A DNA stretch of 22,832 bases from the NCBI GenBank assembly GCA_964400105.1, contig CAYNTG010000031.1:1-22832 (forward strand), read 5' to 3'. A model generated the notes under the pieces. That model was not told the origin of the DNA, ran no database searches, and worked only from the letters and a program-made list of their open reading frames with translations. A program made the position numbers and the translations under genes. The DNA is from an uncultured bacterium (GTDB lineage Bacteria; UBP14; UBA6098). Below are positions 8,371-16,378 of this stretch, one piece after another; positions within the stretch are counted from its first letter, which is position 1, and the number at the start of each line of letters is the position of its first letter.

Positions 8371-8772
8371 ATGAAAAAGAATGAACTGAAAACTCTTATA
8401 GTCGAGGACGACCTTAGGGCTGCGGAAACGCTCTGCGAATTCCTCGATCTTCGCGGAAAAATGAAAAGCGTTATCGCTTGCGATGTCGAAGATGCTCTTT
8501 CGCTTTTCAATAGCGATTTTGAGTTCGCGATTATAGATATCAATCTTTCGGGCGAGATCGACGGTCTCGAACTTTTAAGACGGTTAAAGGCCCTTAACCC
8601 GAATCTCTTTATCGTGATCGTCACGGCTTCGGACATCGACGATAACCGCAAAATTAGCCTTTCGCTGGGTGCCGATGCCTTTTTGCCGAAGCCGCTCGAC
8701 TTCGGATCGCTCGATGTAATTCTCGACGGGGTATGCTCGAAGAAAACCGTCGCCGATCATGGCAAAACCTGA
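8371..8772 (+). CDS. Single-domain CheY-like response regulator (receiver domain only)
   Basis: About 133 aa from the ATG at 8371 (the track ORF begins at a TTG at 8338). Receiver-domain hallmarks are present: the acidic pair in LIVEDD, the phospho-acceptor Asp in FAIIDINL, the conserved Thr/Ser in IVIVTAS, and the conserved Lys in FLPKP. There is no output domain. No histidine kinase is present in the window. Confidence 0.75.
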   Translation: MKKNELKTLIVEDDLRAAETLCEFLDLRGKMKSVIACDVEDALSLFNSDFEFAIIDINLSGEIDGLELLRRLKALNPNLFIVIVTASDIDDNRKISLSLGADAFLPKPLDFGSLDVILDGVCSKKTVADHGKT

Positions 8773-8812
8773 TCGGGGTTATTTAACAAGTCTATTATTC
8801 CGGTTGCTCTGT

Positions 8813-8836
8813 GCACCACGGTCGTGGTGCTTCCTT
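8813..8836 (+). terminator. Putative terminator after the response-regulator gene
   Basis: GCACCAC ggtc GTGGTGC, a 7-bp stem with a 4-nt loop, followed by TTCCTT. It lies 40 nt after the stop at 8772. Confidence 0.4.
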
Positions 8837-9020
8837 GGGAACTAATAAAGAGCGCCGTTAAAATCGGGAAGCGCCGCTTTCCGACGGCGGCACGACAGCG
8901 GATTGCGAAAACGTGCGGTGGACGCGATCATCGTTAATGTGTCGGCATCGTGTAAACGGTTCTTCCCGACGATTATTCGCGCACGATCTTGCGCTTATAG
9001 GATATCGACAGGAGGTCGAA

Positions 9021-9968
9021 GTGGTTATTCTATTAATCTTTATGGCGGTATCGTCGCTGCTCTGCGCGCAGATGTCGCCCGACAGCGCTGCGGACTCCCT
9101 CGTATCCGTGCAGGAATGGGGAAATATCGAGATCGAGGGTAGCCTTTCCGCCGACTCGATCTCTCAGAATGACACCCTTGTTTTCACCGTCAAATTGAAA
9201 CTTCGAGGAAATCCCGACGATTATTCAATCGCGGAACCGGGCGCGCCGCCGATAACCAATCTAAGTCTTATCGCCACGTCGCAGGCAAATCGAACCGAAC
9301 GATCGGAAGGCGAGACACACCTCATAAAAGAGTATCGATTTACATATGTGGCGATCTCTATCGGGATGGCCTATGTCAACCCGTTGCGCGTCCAGTATGT
9401 CTATATCCCAAACGGAGAAAGCCGTTCGCTCGCCTCCTCCAGATTTGAAATCGAGATTACCGAACCGATCATTCCGAAGAAGGGAGTCGATTGGGTTGTC
9501 GTGATTATAGTCCTCTTGATAATCTGTGCCGGCGCTATTCTCACGTTTATTTTATCGAAGAAGGGCAGAAAAAATCCGACCGTCGAGGAGGAGGAAATTC
9601 CCCCGGAAAAGATAGCCCGTCAGAGGATTATCAACCTCAAGCCCGGTCGAAATGCAGATATATCAAAAAGTATAGACGATACTACGCGAATCCTGTCCAA
9701 TTATATCTTCGCCCGTTACGGAATCGATGCCGCACGCCTTTCGAAGGAGGAGATCGTTATGTCCCTCGAAAAACATGGTATCCCGGCCAACACAACGAAG
9801 AATCTCGATATGGCCTTCGCGATATGCGATGAGGTTCGTTTCGCCAATCATAAGGCCACCCAAACGGATCGAGATAACATCGAATTGGCGTTGGAATCGC
9901 TTCTCGCTTTCGGGGAAAAAACGAATCCACAACAATCGAAACAAGACGATATCGACGATAAATCATAA
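9021..9968 (+). CDS. BatD-family paralog 1 ('mini-BatD'): signal peptide, one BatD-type beta-rich ectodomain, TM helix, DUF4381-like cytoplasmic tail
   Basis: ORF 8913..9968. The proposed start is GTG 9021, 4 nt after AGGAGGT, giving MVILLIFMAVSSLLCAQ as signal peptide. A TM helix (VVVIIVLLIICAGAILTFIL) follows at about residue 180. The C-terminal tail (ILSNYIFARYGIDAARLSKEEIV...LDMAFAICDEVRFA) shares a motif pattern with the tails of the 14274 and 20243 proteins: ILxxYIxxRxGxxAxxLSxxE...L...CDxVKFA. Confidence 0.6.
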   Translation: MVILLIFMAVSSLLCAQMSPDSAADSLVSVQEWGNIEIEGSLSADSISQNDTLVFTVKLKLRGNPDDYSIAEPGAPPITNLSLIATSQANRTERSEGETHLIKEYRFTYVAISIGMAYVNPLRVQYVYIPNGESRSLASSRFEIEITEPIIPKKGVDWVVVIIVLLIICAGAILTFILSKKGRKNPTVEEEEIPPEKIARQRIINLKPGRNADISKSIDDTTRILSNYIFARYGIDAARLSKEEIVMSLEKHGIPANTTKNLDMAFAICDEVRFANHKATQTDRDNIELALESLLAFGEKTNPQQSKQDDIDDKS

Positions 9969-9998
9969 CACGAAACCTTCCAATAATATGGAGATATT

Positions 9999-10988
9999 AT
10001 GAACGAAGAAATTCAGAAACTGAACGAAAGGATAGCCGGGGAATCCACCTTTATCGATGACATGAGGACCGAGTTCGCCAAGGTCATAGTCGGTCAAAAT
10101 TACCTGATCGACCGGCTTATTATCGGCCTTTTGGCGGACGGCCACGTCCTTCTCGAGGGCGTTCCCGGAATCGCAAAAACCCTTTCGGTGAAAACACTCT
10201 CCGATATTATCGAAGCGGACTTCCAGCGGATTCAATTCACCCCGGACCTGCTACCGGCGGATATTATCGGGACGTTGATCTATAATCAGGCCAAAGGGAT
10301 ATTCACGACCAAGAAAGGCCCGATTTTCTCGAACATCATACTCGCCGACGAGATCAACAGGGCACCGGCAAAGGTTCAATCCGCACTGCTCGAAGCGATG
10401 CAGGAACGTCAAATCACCATCGGCGGAGAGACATTCCCGTTGCCGGTTCCATTCATGGTTCTCGCCACGCAGAATCCCATCGAGCAGCAGGGGACATATC
10501 CGTTGCCGGAAGCGCAGGTCGATAGATTTTTGATGAAGGTGATCGTGTCGTATCCCGACCGAGAGGACGAGCGGAAGATCATGCGCCTTCACGGCCGGAT
10601 CGAAATCCCCGTTGCGAACCCGGTAATCAAACCGGAACAGATAATGCGCGCACGGCACACCGTCCGGGATATCTATGTCGATGAGAAGATCGAGAGCTAT
10701 ATCCTCGATCTGGTCTTCGCAACGAGGAACCCGGCGCACTACGGCCTCGACGAACTCGGCGAGCTTATCCAATATGGAGCGAGTCCGAGAGCGACACTCT
10801 ACCTGAGAAGCTGCGCGCAGGCCAACGCATTCCTCAACCATCGGGGATACGTCACGCCGGAGGATATCCGAACTATCGCTATGGACGTCCTTCGCCATCG
10901 CGTAATCGTTACATACGAGGCGGAGGCCGAAGAGATTGCTGCAGAGGACGTCGTTCTCAAGGTTCTCGGCGCGGTGGAGGTTCCGTAA
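9999..10988 (+). CDS. MoxR-family AAA+ ATPase
   Basis: 329 aa with a Walker A-like GVPGIAKT, a Walker B/DEAD-like ILADEINRA, and the extended MoxR signature (...ATQNPIEQQGTYPLPEAQVDRF...). Size and order match the ATPase that normally heads Bat/vWA operons. Confidence 0.9.
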   Translation: MNEEIQKLNERIAGESTFIDDMRTEFAKVIVGQNYLIDRLIIGLLADGHVLLEGVPGIAKTLSVKTLSDIIEADFQRIQFTPDLLPADIIGTLIYNQAKGIFTTKKGPIFSNIILADEINRAPAKVQSALLEAMQERQITIGGETFPLPVPFMVLATQNPIEQQGTYPLPEAQVDRFLMKVIVSYPDREDERKIMRLHGRIEIPVANPVIKPEQIMRARHTVRDIYVDEKIESYILDLVFATRNPAHYGLDELGELIQYGASPRATLYLRSCAQANAFLNHRGYVTPEDIRTIAMDVLRHRVIVTYEAEAEEIAAEDVVLKVLGAVEVP

Positions 10989-11000
10989 TTTAACGAAACT

Positions 11001-11819
11001 ATGAACATGGAAAAAGACGAAAACAACAAGACAAATTCCCGGCTTTCGCCGGATGAGATGGAGTGGAACCGCGATACATTCCGGTTTCCGAAGTCGTCTA
11101 TCGTCGAATCGAGTTTCAAAACTCCGACACGGGTTCAATGGTTTATCGGTCTGTGCGTATTGCTGTTCGCTATGCTGTTTTTTCTCGGACAGCTGCTTTT
11201 GCCGGATAAATCGGAGATATATCTTGTGGTGTCGTCCGTTTCCGTGCTCATTATCGCATTTTTCGGACTTTTCTCGCTCTCCAAACTAACGAGACAAACC
11301 AGACATCTCAGGTTGCTCTTGAATATCGACAGGACAACCGGTCTTTACGGTTCTACATTCTTGATGGAGGAACTCGATCGCTTTATCGATGAAGCCGGGC
11401 ATGAACTTGTCCTGATCTTCCTCGACCTCGACGAGCTTAAAAAATTCAACGATAAATTCGGCCACCGACGCGGAGATATTTTGATACGCAATGCTGCCGA
11501 TATTCTTTCAAAAACCGTTGCGGGAAAGGGCATGGGCTTCCGCTGCGGTGGGGACGAATTCGTGGCTATGCTGACCGATATATCGAGTGAGGAGGCCGTC
11601 GAGCTTGCAAAAAGCGTGCATGAATCGTTCGTCGAAAAGGGGATATCGGCGTCCATCGGCATCTATAAATGGAAAAAAGGGATGTCCGCCGACAAACTTC
11701 TCTATGAGGCCGATCAGGCCATGTATAAAGCGAAACGCGCGGGAAAAGGAAAACTGTTTATTCCGGATATCGGAAGCTATGGAAACGCCGACGATCTCGA
11801 CGGAGAATTTATCGAATGA
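11001..11819 (+). CDS. Membrane-anchored GGDEF-domain protein (putative diguanylate cyclase)
   Basis: 272 aa with two N-terminal TM helices (WFIGLCVLLFAMLFFLGQLLL; LVVSSVSVLIIAFFGLFSL) followed by a GGDEF domain. The active-site motif is intact (GFRCGGDEFVAML), with an upstream DRTTGLYG (DxLTGLxNR-like) block and the conserved ...KAKRAGKG... region. The start is 13 nt after the MoxR stop, and the stop overlaps the next ORF. Confidence 0.85.
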   Translation: MNMEKDENNKTNSRLSPDEMEWNRDTFRFPKSSIVESSFKTPTRVQWFIGLCVLLFAMLFFLGQLLLPDKSEIYLVVSSVSVLIIAFFGLFSLSKLTRQTRHLRLLLNIDRTTGLYGSTFLMEELDRFIDEAGHELVLIFLDLDELKKFNDKFGHRRGDILIRNAADILSKTVAGKGMGFRCGGDEFVAMLTDISSEEAVELAKSVHESFVEKGISASIGIYKWKKGMSADKLLYEADQAMYKAKRAGKGKLFIPDIGSYGNADDLDGEFIE

Positions 11820-11833
11820 AACGGACTGTTATG

Positions 11834-12406
11834 AAAAGAAACCTGATTATATCGATCTTATTATTCGCGGCCGTTGCCGTCTTCGCCGCCGAGGATGTCA
11901 CCGAAACGACGCCGAACAGGATCGCACCGGCTATCGGAGTTATGAATACCCCACTCGCTGTTGGGTATAAGATGCCCTTCGCGGATCATTACAGCATCGA
12001 TCTCATGCTCCACGTTCCGGAATTCTACAAAAACGAATCCGGCGGAAACTGCATCGAGTTCGGCGGTCTCGCAGGGTATAATATCCCGCTTCGCCTCGAA
12101 GAGAATATCGCATTCATGATCAAGCCGCAATTCGACCTATCCTATTCGATGGAAACGATAGAGATTCTCGATAAAAATTATTCGATAAACACATTGAGCC
12201 TGCGCCCTGGCGCTTTTATCGGTATCGAGGTTTTTCTCGAAGAGGTCGGTGTGCCGAATGTCAATATCTCATTGGGTTTCACCGCCGGAATGGAATATAA
12301 TATCGTCGATGCCGACGATGAACTCGGCTACAACGAATCCAATTTCCATATACCAATGGCGACACACCCATTCGGCGCGACCGTCGCGGCATGGTGGTTC
12401 TTCTAA
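11834..12406 (+). CDS. Small outer-membrane beta-barrel protein (about 170 aa mature)
   Basis: Signal peptide MKRNLIISILLFAAVAVFAA. Alternating hydrophobic/polar stretches are typical of beta-strands. The C-terminal ...TVAAWWFF ends in an aromatic Phe, the classic OMP sorting signature. An alternative ATG at 11816 overlaps the GGDEF stop. Confidence 0.6.
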   Translation, partial: KRNLIISILLFAAVAVFAAEDVTETTPNRIAPAIGVMNTPLAVGYKMPFADHYSIDLMLHVPEFYKNESGGNCIEFGGLAGYNIPLRLEENIAFMIKPQFDLSYSMETIEILDKNYSINTLSLRPGAFIGIEVFLEEVGVPNVNISLGFTAGMEYNIVDADDELGYNESNFHIPMATHPFGATVAAWWFF

Positions 12407-12426
12407 ATTTAATCACTCGATGTATT

Positions 12427-13302
12427 ATGATTCCAAAAGAGATAATAAAGAAAATACGACGACTCGATATCCGCACCAAGCGGCTCGTCAACGACATATT
12501 TTCAGGGGAGTATCACTCGGTATTCAAGGGCCGGGGCATGGAGTTCTCCGAGGTGCGAGAATATGTTCTCGGCGACGATATTCGCAATATTGACTGGAAC
12601 GTAACGGCGCGAACCGGGCAGCCGCATGTTAAGGTTTTCGAGGAGGAACGCGAACTGACCGTCATGCTTATGGTCGATGTCTCCAGTTCCGGCGAGTTCG
12701 GCACGGCGACGAGCATGAAGCGGGATATCGCCCTCGAGATATGCGCACTTCTGGCATTTTCCGCGATAGACAACAACGATCTGGTCGGCCTCGTGATGTT
12801 CACCGACAAGATCGAAAAATCGATCGTGCCGAAGAAGGGGCGTAAGCACGTGCTTCGCATCCTTCGTGAATTGCTATATTTCAAGCCGGAGGATACGCGG
12901 ACGAACCTCGCTCTTCCTTTGGATTATCTCAATCGAATTACGAAAAGGCGTTCCATCGTCTTCATGATAAGCGATTTTATGGGCGAAGATTATGAGAAGG
13001 CCATGACCATTACCGCAAAGAAACACGACCTCGTGCCTGTCGTAATCTCCGATCCGCGCGAGGAGAATATGCCGAATATCGGGTTGATCGAACTCGAGGA
13101 TGCCGAGACCGGCAAAGCCATTCTGATCGATACATCCGATCCGACTCTGCGCGATGCGTTCGGTCTTAACGTATCGAGGACACAGCTCGAAAGGGAAAAG
13201 ATATTCAAGCGTATTGGATTGGACCACATGGACATAAGGCTCGATAAGCCCTATATCGACGAACTGACGACATTCTTCAAAAAACGTGCGGCGAGATACT
13301 GA
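12427..13302 (+). CDS. DUF58-family protein (MoxR partner; degenerate vWA-like)
   Basis: ORF 12391..13302. The start was placed at ATG 12427 (MIPKEIIKKIRRLDIRTKRL...). The characteristic DUF58 N-terminal block is present (...YHSVFKGRGMEFSEVREYVLGDDIRNIDWNVTARTGQPHVKVFEEERELTVMLMVDVSSS...). It occupies the canonical position after the MoxR ATPase, apart from the two inserted genes. Confidence 0.85.
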   Translation: MIPKEIIKKIRRLDIRTKRLVNDIFSGEYHSVFKGRGMEFSEVREYVLGDDIRNIDWNVTARTGQPHVKVFEEERELTVMLMVDVSSSGEFGTATSMKRDIALEICALLAFSAIDNNDLVGLVMFTDKIEKSIVPKKGRKHVLRILRELLYFKPEDTRTNLALPLDYLNRITKRRSIVFMISDFMGEDYEKAMTITAKKHDLVPVVISDPREENMPNIGLIELEDAETGKAILIDTSDPTLRDAFGLNVSRTQLEREKIFKRIGLDHMDIRLDKPYIDELTTFFKKRAARY

Positions 13303-13318
13303 GTATAGGAGAATCGAA

Positions 13319-14269
13319 ATGGACAAAATCAACGATCCTTATAAAACAATTCGAATCGCTCTGATATTGAGCATTGTCGGCATTATCGTGACCGCGACGG
13401 CGCTGATTTTCGCTATTGTCTTGCCCACAAAAAATGCCGTGTCGTTCGAGCAGGCCAAGCGTTACGCGAGCAAGCTCGCCAATAGCGAGCTATATCCTCA
13501 AGCTGTCGGTGAATTCGAGCGGATTCTCCGCGACTACAATCTCAGCGACCGCGAGGCGGGAAGCATATTATACCAAATCGGAGATATATCCGCCGAACAC
13601 CTTCGCGATCCGGGTAAAGCGCTCGCGGCTTTCATCAAGATTCAAGAGCTTTACCCCGATCATCCATTGAAGGACGATATCGAGCGCAAGATCATTGCCC
13701 AGTTGGACAAAATGGGTATGTCAAAGCAGGCTCAACTCAGGTTGAGTGAGACGGTCGATCCGGGAAAACAGGTTTCGGAAACCGAACCGTCCGTGGTCGT
13801 CGCCCGGATCGGCGATAGGGCAATTACGAGTGACGAGATCGAGGACGCGCTTGCCGATTTGCCACCGGAGATTGCAGAGCAGTTAATCGATCCGCAGGCC
13901 AAAGGCCGGTTCCTGCAAGATTATGTCGGGCAGCAGCTTCTTTACGATGCCGCACTTCGAGCCGGTTATGACAAACACCCGGAGACGGTCGAGATGTTCG
14001 AATCGGCGCGGAAAAACATACTGATCTCGACCTATTTCAACGATAATATCGCCAATCGGGTTGAGATTTCACAATCCGATATCGGGTATTTTTACGAAAT
14101 CCATAAGGCGGAGTTCGGCGATAAACCGCTCGACGAGATACGACCGCAGGTCGAGAACGCTCTTCGACAACAGAAGATGGCGGAGATTCATCAGAGCGTG
14201 ATCGATGAATTGATAAAGACGGAGAAGGTCCAATTATTCCCGGAGAATCTGAAAAAAACCGGTGAGTAG
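13319..14269 (+). CDS. Membrane-anchored protein with a TPR-like segment and a SurA-N/PpiD-like chaperone domain (no PPIase domain)
   Basis: ORF 13286..14269. The start was placed at ATG 13319 (AGGAGAATCGAAATG). An N-terminal TM helix (IRIALILSIVGIIVTATALIFAIVL) is followed by a helical TPR-like region (...YPQAVGEFERILRDYNLSDREAGSILYQIGDIS...ALAAFIKIQELYPDHPL...). The chaperone-like segment begins with the SurA_N signature VVARIGDRAITSDEIEDAL and has the helical pattern (...GQQLLYDAALRAGY...) seen in the N-domains of SurA, PpiD and trigger factor. Confidence 0.55.
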   Translation: MDKINDPYKTIRIALILSIVGIIVTATALIFAIVLPTKNAVSFEQAKRYASKLANSELYPQAVGEFERILRDYNLSDREAGSILYQIGDISAEHLRDPGKALAAFIKIQELYPDHPLKDDIERKIIAQLDKMGMSKQAQLRLSETVDPGKQVSETEPSVVVARIGDRAITSDEIEDALADLPPEIAEQLIDPQAKGRFLQDYVGQQLLYDAALRAGYDKHPETVEMFESARKNILISTYFNDNIANRVEISQSDIGYFYEIHKAEFGDKPLDEIRPQVENALRQQKMAEIHQSVIDELIKTEKVQLFPENLKKTGE

Positions 14270-14273
14270 AGGT

Positions 14274-15338
14274 ATGAACGCAAGAGTAAAAATATATTTA
14301 TTGATAACTCTTTTTGTCGTGGCACTTTATGCCCAAAAAGCGACTATCGAGACATCGGCAAATCCGACGACGATAACCATCGGCGATTACATAACCTATC
14401 GCGTAACTATCACCCACGATCCGAAGATCGCTATCGCATGGCCCGGCGTTGCCGCCGAACTCGGCCAATTTCAGATCGTCGATTTCGAGACATCCGATCC
14501 GATTATTCTCGAAGACGACCGCGAAAAGGAGATTTTGACTTATTACATAAGCACCTACGATGTCGGTGAATGGATAATCCCGCCGACGGCGATAGCATAT
14601 TACGACTCCGCCGCAGACACGACAATCCTGCTTCGCACGGAGCCGATAGGTATAACCGTTAAATCCCTCCTGTCGGATGAGGATTGGGCGAAGATCAGGT
14701 CCATCGCAGAATCGGACAGCTCACTCGCCGGTAAGGAGAAGCAGATCGCCGCCGGTCGCGCAATCCAGATGGCGAAGGAAGAGATGCTCCGCGACATCAC
14801 CGATCCGCAAAGGATCGAGCGCGATAAGCTATTCTATATAGGTATCGCGGTCGTCGTTCTCATTCTCGCGGCGCTCATAGCCGGCTTTATCTTCTGGCGG
14901 AAACGCAGAGGGATCACCGGCTCGATATTCAGCATGTCCGCGCCGCAGGTTCCACCGCACGAAGCTGCTTTGGCCGCGATAGCCGCTCTCGTAGCGAAGG
15001 ATTATATCACGAACAAGAGGTTCAAAAAATACTACACACGACTTTCGGAAATCCTTCGTGAATATATCGAGAACCGTGTCGGCGTCGCGGCGCTCGAGCT
15101 CTCGACCTCCGAGACGATGAATAATCTCATAAGCTCCGATTTTCCGCTTCGAGAGGGGGATTCCGATCTCGTTGAATCCGTTCTCGAAAGATGCGATCTG
15201 GTCAAGTTTGCGAAGCTCGTTCCACCGGAGGATTGGCATATCGAAACGGTCGGAGTGGCGCGCGATTTTATCGAAAGAACCAAACCCGACGAGCCGAAGC
15301 CGGAGGATGAAGAGATCGAAGGGGGTGAAGTCGAATAA
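14274..15338 (+). CDS. BatD-family paralog 2 ('mini-BatD'), sitting in the pre-BatA slot normally held by a short DUF4381 gene
   Basis: Start ATG 14274 with GAGG 5 nt upstream. Signal peptide MNARVKIYLLITLFVVALYAQ. One BatD-type beta ectodomain (ITIGDYITYRVTITHDP..., compare BatD YVGEQINVSFTLYTQYN). TM helix (FYIGIAVVVLILAALIAGFIFW). DUF4381-like tail (YYTRLSEILREYIENRVGVAALELSTSETMNNL...LERCDLVKFAKL). The stop overlaps the batA start (TAATG). Confidence 0.7.
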   Translation: MNARVKIYLLITLFVVALYAQKATIETSANPTTITIGDYITYRVTITHDPKIAIAWPGVAAELGQFQIVDFETSDPIILEDDREKEILTYYISTYDVGEWIIPPTAIAYYDSAADTTILLRTEPIGITVKSLLSDEDWAKIRSIAESDSSLAGKEKQIAAGRAIQMAKEEMLRDITDPQRIERDKLFYIGIAVVVLILAALIAGFIFWRKRRGITGSIFSMSAPQVPPHEAALAAIAALVAKDYITNKRFKKYYTRLSEILREYIENRVGVAALELSTSETMNNLISSDFPLREGDSDLVESVLERCDLVKFAKLVPPEDWHIETVGVARDFIERTKPDEPKPEDEEIEGGEVE

Positions 15339-16378
15339 TGGAGGGTTTTATCAATAAGATAGCCAATGCAATTTTCGGCCGATTTACCGGAGGGTTTTTC
15401 GAGTTCGCTTCTCCGTGGTGGCTCCTTTTGATCGTCCCCGCGATAGCACTTTTCATTTGGCGCAGATCGCGCCGAAGCGGGTCTTTGCGCTATTCCAATA
15501 TCGATCTCGTAAAAGGCTCGAAGGTATCCGGTCGGGTGGCGATCTTCTCGGCTTTGGCCTGGCTCGAGATGATCGGGCTGGTTCTTTTTGCCATAGCGGC
15601 GGCGCGGCCAAGGTCCGGTGCGGTGAAGGAAGAGACGTTCACCGAGGGCGTCGATATTGTCATGGTTATGGATCTATCCAGCTCGATGCGCGCCGAGGAT
15701 TTCAAGCCGAAGAACCGTCTCGAGGCCGCAAAGGTCGTCGCCGCAGATTTCATCGAGGGCCGCACAAACGACCGGATCGGTCTCGTCGTTTTCGCCGCGA
15801 AGGCTTTTACCCAATGCCCGTTAACCCTCGATTACGGCGTGCTTTTGGACTTTTTAGAGGGGATCGAGATCGGCCAGATCGAGGATGGAACAGCCATTGG
15901 AACGGCTATCGCAACCGGCCTTAACCGCCTGCGCGACTCGAAGGCCGAATCGAAGATCATGATCCTTTTGACCGACGGGATAAACAACCGCGGTCAGGTC
16001 GATCCGATCACCGCTGCTCAGGCCGCGAAGGCTCTCGGAATTAGAATTTATACTATCGGAGCCGGACGAAAGGGATATGCGCTCTATCCGGTGGACGATC
16101 CATTCTTCGGCAAGCGCCACGTCCGAATGCCGGTCGAGATCGACGAGAAGACGCTTAATCAGATCGCGGAAATATCCGGCGCCGAATACTTCCGCGCCAC
16201 GGATACCGAGAGCCTGCGGAAGATCTACTCCGAGATCGATAAGCTGGAAAAAACGAAGATCGAGATTCACCATTTCACGCGCTACCGGGAGCTTTTCCAC
16301 GGTTTCATTATCGCGGGATTCCTGTTTCTTTTGGCCGATGTCCTGTTGCGCAACACCATATTCCGAAGACTCCCCTGA
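15338..16378 (+). CDS. batA: BatA-like vWA-domain membrane protein
   Basis: 346 aa with two N-terminal TM helices, then a von Willebrand A domain with a MIDAS motif (DIVMVMDLSSSM ... ILLTDGINN) and a C-terminal TM helix. This is the typical BatA architecture and position. Confidence 0.85.
   Translation: MEGFINKIANAIFGRFTGGFFEFASPWWLLLIVPAIALFIWRRSRRSGSLRYSNIDLVKGSKVSGRVAIFSALAWLEMIGLVLFAIAAARPRSGAVKEETFTEGVDIVMVMDLSSSMRAEDFKPKNRLEAAKVVAADFIEGRTNDRIGLVVFAAKAFTQCPLTLDYGVLLDFLEGIEIGQIEDGTAIGTAIATGLNRLRDSKAESKIMILLTDGINNRGQVDPITAAQAAKALGIRIYTIGAGRKGYALYPVDDPFFGKRHVRMPVEIDEKTLNQIAEISGAEYFRATDTESLRKIYSEIDKLEKTKIEIHHFTRYRELFHGFIIAGFLFLLADVLLRNTIFRRLP

Noticed and set aside
10251-11138. 295-aa minus-strand ORF
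   Set aside because: Antisense to the conserved MoxR ATPase and the GGDEF gene start. It has no RBS, Cys/Arg/His-rich composition, and conflicts with two confident genes.
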